DNA of 64,000 nt, taken from Felis catus. Its lineage: Eukaryota. Position 1 is the first letter of the stretch. Each line of letters starts with the position of its first letter. The translations under genes were made by a program, and so were the position numbers. Below, piece by piece: positions 1 to 12,281 of this stretch. The stretch spans positions 82,338,001 through 82,402,000 of the forward strand of contig NC_058368.1 in assembly GCF_018350175.1 (NCBI RefSeq), given 5' to 3'. A model generated the notes under the pieces. The model made no database searches and had not been told where the DNA came from. It saw only the letters and a list, made by a program, of their open reading frames with translations.

Positions 1-693
1 CCTAGGGTCTCGGCCTTCGGATGTACCTCCTTGTGCCTGGTGCCCAGGGCAGTACTGCCCTCCCTGCACGCCCTTCCCCTGCCAGGTGGTGACGAGACCC
101 AGCAGGGACCCAGGAGCGTGTGCAGGGCACACACTCGTGGCCTCCCCGTCTCTCGGGAAGGGAGATAAATAGCACTCGGCAGGTGTGGGGAGTCCCGAGA
201 CTGCACCTGTCGCCCAGTATGGAGCAGACACCCCTGGCCCTTCTGCCATCGTCAGCCTCTGGTGGGATGTTCCCGTCCCCTGCACCGAGGCTGCATGGGC
301 TGTGCTCTCCTGCGGCCTCCCTCATGCCTGGCATGAGGTGTCCAGCCTCCCTCATGCCTGGCAGAGGGTCCCTGGCCCATATTGAAAACCTCTGCTCTGG
401 ATTGTGTCCGGGTGCCCTCCCAGCACCTGTATGTGGCCCGGCTGCTGTCGAGCTGTTGTGCACACGAGCTAGACTCTGCTGCCCAGTGTCGAGGTGCTGC
501 TGCTGTGTGAGCTGTTTTCAGGTCGTATCGGGTGGGGGAAGCTCAGGGCACGCTGAGCATAGGAGCAGAGCGGGAGGGGGCAGCGGTGCGCGTCCCAGCC
601 CCGCCACCGTGGACAGGGGCACGTGGGTCACGTGAGGGCCAGACCCCCGGCCTCCATGCCACGGCCGTCTCCACAGGGGCTCTCAGGACTCAC

Positions 694-893
694 CCTGTTC
701 ATTTTAATCACAAAACATGGCCTTCCTTCTGCGAAGCCGAAGTTGGGGTCCACCAGCCCTGAGCAATTTTGCAGCATGTCTGCTGTGAACTTGCAGGAGA
801 ACTTGGTGTGGTTGGGGGCCGTGAACTTTTCCTGGAAGAAGTACTCCTTGGAGGTGCAGTTGATGTTGTCCTGCTGGGACTCTGGCGAGTAGC
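694..893 (-). CDS. ATP4B: ATP4B exon 4 (200 nt); later exons not found, probably left of the window
   Basis: cccgcag acceptor; (G)[66 protein letters not shown] with the conserved X,K-ATPase beta cysteines and sequons; donor AGG|gtgagt. Confidence 0.97.
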
Positions 894-1004
894 CTGCGGG
901 GACACGTGCACTGGGGCTGGCTGGAGGGGGGCATAGCCCAGGCCCCTCCACGAAATTGTCTTGGAAGCGGGAAAAGCAGAGGCTGGAAGCTTGTTAAACT
1001 TCAC

Positions 1005-1118
1005 CTGCCAGGAAGGTGTGGAGGGTGTGCACGAGGTCCACCCAGGTCCTGTTGTCGGAAACATTGTAGGAAATGTCCAGGCCCTTGTCCCCGTAGACAT
1101 CTGGCCTCAAGGTCACCC
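1005..1118 (-). CDS. ATP4B: ATP4B exon 3 (114 nt)
   Basis: cttcccag acceptor; (G)[37 protein letters not shown] with two N-glycosylation sequons; donor CAG|gtgaag; phases match neighbours. Confidence 0.96.
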
Positions 1119-2633
1119 CTGGGAAGAGAGCAGGACGTGTGTGACTCAGTTCCCCCCAAGGTGTTGGTCACACCCAGCCACGTGCTGCAGACTCCCACAC
1201 ACCGCTGTCTGGCCCGGTGGCCAAGCATGGGTTGCTGCGGTCCTCAGGGGCCCCTGTGCGAGGGGACAGTGTCTGCGTGTCCTCCGCAACAGTGGCTCCA
1301 CAGGGGCCCTGCCCGGAACCACGCTAGGCGGAGTTGTATTTGAATACACATTTGAAAAATCTTCACTGGTTTTGATTAAAAGCAATTGACAACATGTTAA
1401 TTGTACAAAAAGTCAGGATGCACATGTGTAGGGAGTGGCAGTGGTTGCCTGTGTGCTGGGCGTCCTCACTTCTGTGAGCATCAGACGCGCGACCCTGTGT
1501 GTGCCATAAATTGGATAAATGGGGTCCCACCACCCAGATTCCACTCTCCTCCTTCCATGTCCCGATGCTGTTGTAAGTGTGTCGTCATCGAACTGTCCAC
1601 AGATACCACGTGCTGTTTCCCTGTGTGAATGAAGCTGGCCCCTTTGACGTGGGGACTTTTTAGATACGTCAGCCGGTGTTCTGTCCTTTCGTGGATGCTG
1701 TGGGCGCAACGTCTGTGTGCAGATTCAGGTCAAACCCTGGCGAGGATCTGACCCAGGGGAGCGTGGGCACACCGCACAGCGTCCTCTCTGCTGGCGCTGT
1801 CAGCCTGTTCGTGCGTGTCAGTGGTGGCTGCTCCCCCCCACCCCCCGGGCTCCGGGCGAAGCACGTGTGCCACGCATCACGCTCTGTTCTGCGGCCACCG
1901 TGAGCTTACCTGTTGCCTGGCTCTAAAAACAACGCCCAGTAGAGCACTGTGGTGTTGTGATGCCGGGTGAAGGGATTTCCCGAAGACCCCTGGGGTGGAG
2001 GGGCCTGCCTGGGGGAACACACGCCCCCTGGCTCTCACTGCTGGGTTTTCCTTTCCTCCCATAGGAAGCGGTGTGGCCGCTGGGCATTTCTCGGGCTATT
2101 GCTTCCGTGGGAAGTGTAGGGACGTCACCCACGAGTGGTAAGCGTCTCCATAGTTGTGCTGGAAAGTGCGTTTTCCTCCTTCACTTCTTCCCCTTTCTCC
2201 CCCTGCCCTTTCTCGTTTGGTCTGTGCAGGCAGCTGGGCTAAGTCCAGAGGTGACTCCGGACACCGGGCTCGGCCTTTGTTCCAAGCGTCCTTCCCCACA
2301 CGGGACGGCAGACCAGCTGCTCTTAGAGAACAGTATGTTCTGAACCGAGCTCGTGTTTGTGGACGTGGTAACAGGAGAGGCCTCGGTGCAGACGTGCGTC
2401 CAGTGCAAGACAAAAGCCCTTTCCTCCCACCAAGCCCTTTCCTCTGGCCCCAGCCTCCCTGCTCGGTGCCTTCTCCCAGACGGGCCCTGTGCACCTTTGT
2501 CGGCATCTAAAGTGAGCGATGTGAACATGGTCCCTGTAACAAATCTGTTTTAACAATTAAAACGACAGCCAAAGTCTGACCATAACCTGGAGCCACTGTC
2601 CTCAAAAGAAGCTGAGGGGCTATCCATGCCTGG

Positions 2634-3078
<445 letters not shown>

Positions 3079-3225
3079 TTAACCACCTCAGTGCACAAGG
3101 CAGTGGTGTTCACAGTGCATTCACACACAGTGCTGTGCAACCATCACGTCTGTCAGGTTTTAGAACGTTCTCCTCACCCAAGAGGTGCTCCGTACCCCTT
3201 AACAGTCTTTAAAAATCATAACTTT

Positions 3226-3454
3226 GGGGCGCTTGGGTGGCTCAGTCAGTTAAGCATCTGGCTTAGTTTCATCTCAGGTCATGATCTCACGGTTCGTGGG
3301 TTCGAACTGTCCGTCAAGCTCTGTGCTGGCAGCTCAGAGCCCAGAGCCTGTTCGGATTCTGTGTCTCCCTCTCTCTGCCCCTCCCCACTTGTGCTATGTC
3401 TCACTCTCAGAATAAATAAATAAACATGAAAAAAAGTTTTTTAAATAAAAAAAT
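3226..3454 (+). mobile_element. Can-SINE in ATP4B intron 1
   Basis: ggggcgcttgggtggctcagtcagttaag tRNA-derived head, CT-rich segment, AATAAA/poly-A tail, diverged TSD (aaaaatcataacttt / aaaaatcgttaagttt). Confidence 0.93.
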
Positions 3455-3639
3455 AAAAATCGTTAAGTTTTAGGAGCATAGCTTTAAAAATGCTGTTCTC
3501 AAGTCTGTGGCTGAACCTTTGCGGCCAGCTCTCAGATGATCCCACTTTGTCAGGGGGGCGTTGGAGCCAAAATGGGCCTTTGGGTTATCTGGTTGGAGAC
3601 AGGCAGCCTCCTGGGTCCTGGGTGCCTGGGCGGCACAGC

Positions 3640-3743
3640 GTCCCCGTCCCCGCGGGCACACCCCCCACCCCACCACGTCCCCATCCCCGCGGGCACACCC
3701 CCCACCCCACCATGTCCCCGTCCCCATGGGCACACACCCCACC
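3640..3743. repeat. 37-bp tandem repeat (about 3 copies) overlapping the ATP4B exon-1 donor
   Basis: Unit gtccccgtccccgcgggcacaccccccaccccaccac at 3640, 3677 and 3714. Confidence 0.85.
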
Positions 3744-3849
3744 GCGACAGCGTCCGGCCCAGCATCTGCCCGGTGTCCGGGTTCCAGCAGTAGCGCTGAA
3801 ACTCCTCCATCCGCTGGCTGCATGACTTCTTCTCCTGCAGCGCCGCCAT
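3738..3849 (-). CDS. ATP4B: Gastric H+/K+-ATPase beta subunit, coding exon 1 (112 nt)
   Basis: Reads [37 protein letters not shown], the ATP4B N-terminus including the FQRY tyrosine motif; GT donor at 3737-3736 (phase 1). Confidence 0.97.
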
Positions 3850-3910
3850 CGCTCCTGCGGATCAGGGAGCTCCCCACACCTGGCCTGAGGGGAGAAAGGT
3901 GGCCTGTGGG

Positions 3911-3998
3911 TTTTATAGTCTCCTCCCCTGAAGGTCAAGTCTTGGGGGAAAGAACCAGGGTGTGATCACGCCTTGCTATCCAAACACAGTGGCTATCA
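3911..3998 (-). promoter_or_regulatory. ATP4B: ATP4B proximal promoter: TATA box plus two GATA-type sites
   Basis: Minus strand TATAAAA at 3917-3911, about 60 nt upstream of the ATG; GGATAGC (3981-3975) and TGATAGC (3998-3992). GATA factors are known regulators of H+/K+-ATPase genes. Confidence 0.75.
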
Positions 3999-6177
3999 GA
4001 TGCCTCCTCACCTCGCCACCCCTCCTCTCCGGATGCCCTTGGCCGAGTCCTTGTCTGCTCTGGCCCCTGGCACCTTGCTGAAATGCAGATTCTGACCCAG
4101 CGTGGGCTCCTGGTGGACTGTGCCTGTGGCTTTAGGACCCCGGTGATGTCCGGGGCACGTGTGAGCTGACAGCACGTTGGAATTACCGGGCCGTAGATTC
4201 CTGCCGCCTGTCCCAGGGCCGAGTTTCTGAGTGAGCTGACCTGCCAAGGCGGCCTGACCGCCCAGAGGGCTGCAGGCCCCCTGAACACCCTGACGCAGGA
4301 CCAGAGGCAGGAGACCTTGGCGGTTTATGTAGCTGGGGCGTGACATCTGCTCACCGGGGTACCTACCGCTGCCATGAGACAAATGTACCACAGAAGACTT
4401 TTCACAAATATCCAAGTCAAAGCCTGATTCAAATAACAGGTATTGTACCCAAGGACCTAGGATTTCATTTGCTGTCCCCTCTAGGTTTTCCCTCTGAGGG
4501 GACATTTGTGGCCAAATTTGACCGTTTCATTTGGAAGAAGAATAATGAAAAGTGCTCTTTTCAGTTGTTCTGACTTATTTTAACATGATTTCGTTTGTTA
4601 GCAAAATGAGCCCCCAAAGATTCAGATGGAGTAGCACCATTTTAGCTTGGACTCATAATTTTTTAATGGACCAAATCTGTGTGTCTTTCGTACGCTGTTC
4701 TCATTCACAACTTGGGGATTTCAGGTCAGTAAGACATAGTGACGTTAGGTTGCTAATTGCCCATGGCCCATGGGCCTGGGACCCCAGCCGCCGGGGCCTG
4801 AAGACAGAGAAGCGACCGTCCTCACAGAATAAATGCCACCCTCACCTGGGAAGTATAGACATGTCCTTGAAATGAGCAAGAAGTGAATCCTTTCCAGAAG
4901 TCGTTGAAAGAAACCATCCACATTTAGTCTCTGGAGTCCCAGATGTGAGAAAGTGTGGGCTGAACTGCACACACATGATCACAGTGCCCTCTGGATGTGT
5001 GCCTGTGGGGAGGAGACGCAGGGGAGGGAGGCTCCCACACAGCATGCTCTGAGAACATGCGACAGATGCCCCACAAAGAGCGGGCTCCAGACGATGTGGG
5101 GAGCCCAGACTTCTCCCCGGCCTGGCAAAAAAGAGGTGGGGCCCACCCCCTTCTGCTGCTGGGGTGGAATAAAAAAAAAGCCAGCTAAAACTGAAGGATT
5201 AAATGATAGGAAAATGTCCAGGTTTCAACTGATAATCATGTATTTTAGTCAAGAACCAGGAAGATTGCAAAATGAATTAAAACAAGGCAATCAAAGGGTG
5301 CCAATATCAAAGTGATAAGGCTGTTGGAATCAGAGATTTTAAGGCAGTTGTGATAAAAATGCTTGAGGGAGCAATCATAAGCCTGTGAAACAAAGAAAAA
5401 AATAGTCTCAACAAAAAGAAAGTTTAAGGAAAGAAACAGAAGATACAAAGAAGAACCAATGGAAATATAAAAAATACAATAATGAACATAAAAAGCTCAA
5501 TGAATGGATTCAGCTGCATAAAGGAGGGGACAGAGGAAAGAAATCAGTGACATGGAAGAAAAAATAATAGAAATTACGTGATCTGAACAGTAGGAAAAAG
5601 ATGTTCAGTGCCTCAGGACCTGGGGACTAACGGAGATGTAACATCTGTGCCATCAGAGTTCTGGAAGGAGAGAAGAAAGAGGACAGGGCTGAAAACTCCC
5701 AAACACAGCAAAAGATATAAACCTGTGTGTTCACAAAGCCGAGTGAAATCCGAATAGGGTAACTCCCCAGATCCACAGTGCATCATGATTAAACTTCTGA
5801 AAATTGAAAACATACACACACAAAAATCAAGAAAGCAGCCAGAGAAAAAACATTTGAATTACAGAAGATTACTCTTCAGAAAGCAGAGTCAGAAGGAAGC
5901 TGCAAAATATATTTAGATGCTGAAAGAAGAGATCTGTTACCCAGATCCTGAACCCAGCACAAATAGCAGGGAAGAAGGGGCCCCAACATTCTCAAATGAA
6001 GGAAAAGGAAAGGAAGATAATTTGTCAGCAGCAGACTTATCCTAAAAGTATGGCTAAAGGAAGTTCTTGAAACAGAAAGACGGTGTTGAAAGAATATGGG
6101 AGCATTAGGAAGGATGAAATAACATGGTAAGCGAAACATGGGCAAATACTATAAGCTCTCCTTTTCTTCTTGAATTT

Positions 6178-6384
6178 CCTTTTCTCTTTTTTAATAATTT
6201 ATTCATTTTGAGAGAGAGCATATGCATGCTTGAGTGGGAGAGGGGCAGAGAGAGAAGGAGAGAGAGAGTCCCAAGCAAGCCCCGCACTGTCAGCACAGAA
6301 CCCAAAGAGGGGCTTGAACTCACAAACCGTGAAATCATGACCTGAGCTAAAACCAAGTGTCAGACGCTTAACCATCTGAGCCCC
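6178..6384 (-). mobile_element. Can-SINE inserted in L1
   Basis: Antisense SINE body; TSD tcttcttgaattt at 6165-6177 and 6385-6397. Confidence 0.9.
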
Positions 6385-7000
6385 TCTTCTTGAATTTTCT
6401 AAATTATGTTTGATGGTTGAAACAAAAACCATAACATTGCCTGATATTGTTCTAAATGTATGTAGATGAAATAATTAAGGTAATTATAAACAGGAAAGGA
6501 TAAAGAGATGTGATATTTCTGTACTTCACTTGAACTGCTAAAGTGACAGCAATAGAATGTGATAAATTATGTACATATGATACCAACAGCAACCAATAAA
6601 AATATGCATAAAGAGATACACGTAAAAATACTATAGATAAATCAAAATTGAATCCTAAAAATTTTTCAAAGTAACCCACAGGAAAAATGCCAGACCTCAT
6701 CAACAATTACATTAAATGTAAATGCTATAAATACATCAGTCAAAAACAAAACAAAACAGAGACTGACAGAGTAGATTTAAAAACAGACCCAAATATAGGC
6801 TGTCTAGTAGAAGCTTATCTCAAATAGAATGATATAGGCAGGTTGAACACAAAAGGATGAAAAAAGATACATTATGCAAATAAATACTAATCAAATGAAG
6901 GTGTGGTTATATTAATATCATATAACTTCAGAGCAGAGAAAATTACAGGAGACATTACATAATGATAAAGGGTCAATCATCAAGAAGATATAGCAATCCT

Positions 7001-7230
7001 GGGGCGCCTGGGTGGCGCAGTCGGTTAAGCGTCCGACTTCAGCCAGGTCACGATCTCGCGGTCTGTGAGTTCGAGCCCCGCGTCGGGCTCTGGGCTGATG
7101 GCTCAGAGCCTGGAGCCTGTTTCCAATTCTGTGTCTCCCTCTCTCTCTGCCCCCCTCCCCCGTTCATGCTCTGTCTCTCTCTGTCCCAAAAAAAAATAAA
7201 TAAATAAACATTGAAAAAAAAAATTTAAAA
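7001..7230 (+). mobile_element. Young felid SINE (SINEC_Fc type) inserted in L1
   Basis: CpG-rich near-consensus head ggggcgcctgggtggcgcagtcggttaagcgtccgact; perfect 19-bp TSD aagaagatatagcaatcct at 6982-7000 and 7231-7249. Confidence 0.96.
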
Positions 7231-7763
7231 AAGAAGATATAGCAATCCTAAATGTGTATGCGCCAAATAAGAGAGATGCAAAATGTGCAAAGCAAACTAA
7301 TAAAACTGGCTTCAACAGTTCTCTCTCGATAATTGATAGAATAGCTAAATAGAAAATCAGCACGGATATAGAAGAATTCAACAATATTGTCAATTAACAG
7401 GATGCCATTGACATTTGTAGACTAGCCCACCCAAGCACAACAGAATACACTTTCTTTTTAAGTGATCTTGGAACATATACCAGAATAGAGCGTATCCTGA
7501 GCCATTAAACAAAGCTCCACAAAGTTAAGAGAATTGAAACCATGCAGTGTGTCCTCCAACCATGATACAATCAAACTAGAAACAAATAACACAAAGATAA
7601 CAGGAGAATCCTCAAACATGTGAAAACTAAATCACATTTCAAAGAATTCCTAAGTCAAAAGGAAGTCTTGAGGGAAATTTAAAAAACGTAGGACTGATGA
7701 AGACAAAAATAGAACATCAAAATTCGTGGGATGCAGCTAATGCAGTGTTAAAAGGAGAATTTA

Positions 7764-7971
7764 GGGGCTCCTGGGTGTCTCAGTCGGTTAAGCATCTGAC
7801 TCTTGCTTTCAGCTCAGGTCATGATCTCGTGGTTTCATGGGTTCGAGCACCATGTTGAGCTCCATGCTGACAGCACAGAGCCTTCTGGAGAGTCTCTTCC
7901 TTTCTCTCTGCCCCTCCCCCACTCAAGCTGTCTCTGTCTCTCTCAAAAATAAATAAATAAACTTAAAAAAA
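7764..7971 (+). mobile_element. Can-SINE inserted in L1
   Basis: SINE head, CT tract and A tail; TSD agaattta. Confidence 0.9.
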
Positions 7972-10154
7972 AGAATTTATAGTTTTAAATGCATGTATCA
8001 GAAAAGAGAGAGAGTCTTAAATTAATAATCTCAGTTTCCACTTGGAAAATTTAGAAAAAGAGGCAGGGAAAGCAAGCAGAAGGAAGAAATAAAAGCTAAG
8101 ATCAGAAATCAATGAAATTAAAAACAAAAGCAAAAGGGAAAATCAGTGAAAGAGCTGGTTCTTTGAAAAGTCAATAAAATTGACAAATCTATAGCAAGAG
8201 AATAGACATAAATAACCAAATTAAGGATAAAATGAGATACTACTACAGACCCTTCAGACATAAAGAGGAAATGCCACACACAACTTTATGCACGTAAACT
8301 CAACAACTTAGATGAAATTGGCCACTTCCTCAAAAAACACACCTTGTCCCATTTGAAATAGAGAATTTGAATCGCCCTATAACTATTAAGGAAACTGAAT
8401 TTATAATGTAAGGTCTCCCAACAACAAAAAAACCCTTCAGGCCCTGATGGTTTCACTGGAGAATTCTACCAAACAGGTAATGAAGTAGCACAAATTGTGT
8501 ACTGTATCATTTGGAAAATAGAAGGGGACTTCCCCACCTGATTTATGAGACCAGCATGCCCTTCACCAAAACCAAAGCCAGCTCAAGAAACAAAAAAAAC
8601 TACAGACCAAATCCCTCACAAATATAGACACAAAATTCTTAAACCAACTATTGACAAATTGAACCCAACAATGTATAAAAAGCATTAAACACCATGACCA
8701 AGGGGGATATATTCTAGAGATGCGGAGCTGGTTCGATATTAAACAATCTATCAGTGTAAAACCCCACATTAACAAGCCAAAGAAGAAAAATCCTGTGATC
8801 ATACCAGCTGATGCAGAAAAAACACTTGACAAAATTCAACATTCATTTATGATAAAAACTCTCAGCAGACTAGGAATAGACAGAAATTTCATTAAAAGCA
8901 TTGACAGAATCTCTACAGCCAACATCCCCTCTAGCGGTGAAGGACTGGTGTCTACCCCAAGATCAATAATGAGGCATGGACTTCTGCGCTCATTTCTCTG
9001 TGTCAGCCTTGTGCTGGGCGGGCGTTCCAGCTAGTGGAATAAACAAGAAAAGAAAAGGCAACAGACTAGAAAGGAAGAAATGAAGGTCCTTATTTTCAGA
9101 CAACAGGATTGTATGTGTAGAAAATTCCAAAGACTCTGCAAAAAATCTAGAATACATGAGTTCAGCAAGGCAAAGTCTACGAGGTTAACGCCCCCCAATC
9201 AACTGTGTTTCATTTACTAGCAATGAGCACATGGGTTCCAAACGACACTATGATTGACATTTGCTCAAAACAAACAGGAATATTTAGGTGTTAATCCAAT
9301 ACAACACGTACAGAACTTGTGTGCTCAAATATTCACGATGGTGAGGGAAGACAGGTTACAGATTACATTCATAGGTTGGAAGATTCAGTGTAGTAAAGAT
9401 GTCAGTTCTCCCCAGATTGACATGTAGGTTTAATTCCTATCAAGGTCCAAACTAGATTATTTTGTGTGGATACAGAGAAGACTACTGTAAGACTTCTATA
9501 GAAAGGCAAAGGAAGTGGAATATTTTCTTCCATGTTTTGAATACTTAGTTTTAAAAATTGTTTTTTGAAAAATATTTTTGAAAAAGAATAAAGTCAAGGC
9601 TCCGTTTACTCAGTTCCAAGCCTATCATCTGTTCTGTGTCTCACGTACAGTGACGGAGAGGAGGGTGCCGGAGCAGAGCGGACCACGCTGACATGCCCAC
9701 TGCATCCCCGAGCAGCTTAGAGGAGGCACACAGTTGCAGCCCCACCCCCAGGCCGCTGAAGCGGAGTCTGTTTTGGCAAGGTCTCCAGGCGATTGGTGTG
9801 CCTGGCATGATTGGGAAGTGTGGTAGGCAGTGTGACCCCTGTCCTTTGAACTCTGCCGGGTAGGCAGGGAGGGGTTAAAGGCAGGGGACTCTGCTCATAC
9901 ACAAGTCCTCACTTCTGCCTCCCCTGCCTTTCACCCACACCCCTCTCCCAAACATCCTCTTCTCCCCAGAGGAACAGGGGGTGGGCTGGGCAACCTGGCC
10001 CCTGGGCTCAGGCATTCCTGTTTCTGCAACCCCTCACTTCCTCCCCTCTTTAAACTATAACCAACCCCAATTGGTTCCTTTTCTTCCCCACACGTTTACT
10101 GAGTACCTGTTGGCCATGCCTTTGCAAATCTGACATTTTTGTTGGGCCTGGCAT

Positions 10155-10743
10155 CCCCAGATGTGCCCCAGGTGTCTCCTAGATGTCCCTGTGTCCCCCA
10201 GGTGTGTCCTCCAGTTGTGTCCCAGATGTCCCCCAGGTGTGTGCCCCAGGTGTGTGCCCCAGGTGTGTCCCCTAGGTGTGTACCAGCTGTGTTCCCCAGG
10301 TGTGTCCTCCAGATGTGTGCCCCAGGTGTGCCGAGGTGTGTGGGACACCTCCAGGTGTGTACCAGATGTCCCCTAGATGCCCCCCAGTTGTCCCCCAGTT
10401 GTGTCTCCCAGGTGTGTCCCCTAGGTGTGTCCCACATGTCCCCCAGGTGTGTGCCCAGATGTGTGCCCCAAGTGTGTCCCAGGTGTGTCCTCAAGGTATG
10501 TCTCAGATGTCCCCCACGTATGTGCCCCAGGGTCCCCTAGGTGTGTCCCCCAGGTGTGTGTCCCAGGTGTGTGGGACACCTCCAGGTATGTCCTGATGCC
10601 CCCCAGATGTGTCCCCCAGGTGTGTCCTCCAGGTGTGTTCCAGACGTCCCCTAGGTATGTGGCCCAGGTGTGTCCCCCCAGGTATGTCTCTAGGTGTGTC
10701 CCAGATGTCCCCCAGGTATGTGCCCCAGGATCCCCCAGGTGTG
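10155..10743. repeat. Degenerate minisatellite built on ccccaggtgtgt
   Basis: Dozens of 11-13-nt variants; source of the GHTWGTHL/CVPQVCP ORFs. Confidence 0.92.
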
Positions 10744-11349
10744 CTGCTGGCCTCTGCACCCCTCTCTCACTCCTGTTTCTGTGTGGGGCCTCAGCTCTGG
10801 GTGTAGCTGGGGTCTCCTGCTTCGGTCCTCACCTCACCTGAAGCTTCTACAGGCATTCTGCTTTGCTGGCACAGCCCAGGAGAGGGGAGGGAGCAGATGT
10901 GGAGCTGATCCCTGGGCAGGTGCCGGGGTTACCTTAGGTCTCAGAGCTGGCAGGTGACCTGGGGGCAGGCTTCTGTCCTTGTCAGGCCCAGTCCCCACAC
11001 AGCCACAGTTGCCCTGCCAGCGGGGAACCATGGACACCCCAGGAGGCTGTTCTCCTGTGAGCTCTCACTGCCTTTTCTACGTGAATTTCTATGATCACCT
11101 GTTTTTTCTTCCCACTTGCTTTTTTTTTTTAAGACAAAAATGAAATATAGTGGGAAAACCACCAGCCATCTTTACTAAATCAGGGTTTCTCCTGGGCCCC
11201 TCTGCCTTCTGTTTGGTCTCCTGTTGTCTAGAGAAAACAAACGTGTCCCCGCCTGCCTAGGCTGAGGGCAGCTTCAGCCAGACGCAACGGGGCCCGGGTT
11301 TGTCCTTTCTGTCAGGCCCTCAGGAGGAGGGAGCCCCTAGGACGGGCCG

Positions 11350-11380
11350 TCTAATCCGACTGGAAGCCGCTTAGGGGATT
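11350..11380 (+). promoter_or_regulatory. GRK1: GRK1 proximal promoter CRX/OTX2 (bicoid-type homeodomain) site
   Basis: TCTAATCC (TAATCC at 11352-11357) about 230 nt upstream of the ATG, with a GGGATT at 11375-11380; typical of photoreceptor promoters. Confidence 0.65.
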
Positions 11381-11582
11381 GTCTTTTTCTGGCACCTGCT
11401 CTGTGACCCCGGGCTGGGATTTGGCCAGAGCTGCGTCAGCTGGGTCCCCTGGGCTCCTGGCACGGCCTCCAGTCACCCTTGCACCTGCTGGGACGCCTGC
11501 CATCTGGGGAGGGCAGGGGGCACAGACCCAGGGCGGCAGGTCAGGCCCCTCGTGCCTGACGCGGTGGGAGGCCAGCGCCAGG

Positions 11583-12281
11583 ATGGATTTCGGGTCCCTG
11601 GAGACGGTGGTGGCCAACTCAGCCTTCATCGCTGCCCGGGGCAGCTTTGATGGGAGCAGCGGCCCATCCTCTCGGGACAGGAAGTACCTGGCCAAGCTGA
11701 AGCTGCCCCCTCTGTCCAAGTGCCAGGGCCTCCGGGAGAGCCTGGACCTGGCGTTCCTGAGTGTGTGCTCAGAGCAGCCCATCGGCAAGCGGCTGTTCCA
11801 GCAGTTCCTGGGGGCCGACCAGAGGCATGCGCCGGCTCTGGAGCTTTGGAAGGACATCGAGGACTACGACACCGCTGACGATGACCTCCGGCCACAGAAG
11901 GCTCGCGCCATCCTGGCTGCGTACCTGGACCCCCAGGCCGAGCTCTTCTGCAGCTTCCTGGACGAGGGGACCGTAGCGCAGGCCCGGGAGGGGCCCGTGG
12001 CGGGCGGGGACGGGCTCTTCCGGCCCCTGCTGCAGGAGACCCTGGTGTACCTGAGCCAGGCGCCCTTCCAGGAGTACCTGGACAGCCTGCACTTCCAGCG
12101 CTTCCTGCAGTGGAAGTGGCTGGAGGCCCAGCCCACCGGGGAGGACTGGTTTTTGGACTTCAGGGTCCTGGGGAAAGGCGGCTTCGGGGAGGTGTCTGCC
12201 TGCCAGATGAAGGCCACCGGCAAGTTGTATGCGTGTAAGAAGCTCAACAAAAAGAGACTCAAGAAAAGGAAGGGGTACCAG
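11583..12281 (+). CDS. GRK1: Rhodopsin kinase coding exon 1 (699 nt; N-terminal helix, RGS-homology domain, kinase N-lobe)
   Basis: [23 protein letters not shown]...[41 protein letters not shown]; donor CAG|gtgggc. Confidence 0.98.

Larger units (their letters stand above)
5200..9620 (+). mobile_element. Old degenerate LINE-1 (ORF1/ORF2 remnants) interrupted by three SINEs
   Basis: A-rich block; 8720-9034 translates to L1 reverse-transcriptase-like sequence (VIIPADAEKTLDKIQHSFMIKTLSRLGIDRNF); many stops and frameshifts; ends approximate. Confidence 0.88.

Noticed and set aside
7001..7080. tRNA-like A/B boxes
   Set aside because: These are the tRNA-derived heads of Can-SINEs, not tRNA genes.
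8720..9034. Reverse-transcriptase-like ORF as a functional gene
   Set aside because: Short piece of a disrupted L1 ORF2.
10055..10841. Repetitive GHTWGTHL / CVPQVCP ORFs on both strands
   Set aside because: Minisatellite artefacts.
11379..11582. In-frame N-terminal extension of GRK1 in the 358-aa ORF
   Set aside because: It starts at a non-ATG codon in promoter/5'-UTR sequence; the recognised GRK1 N-terminus begins at ATG 11583. The tail after 12281 is intron read-through.
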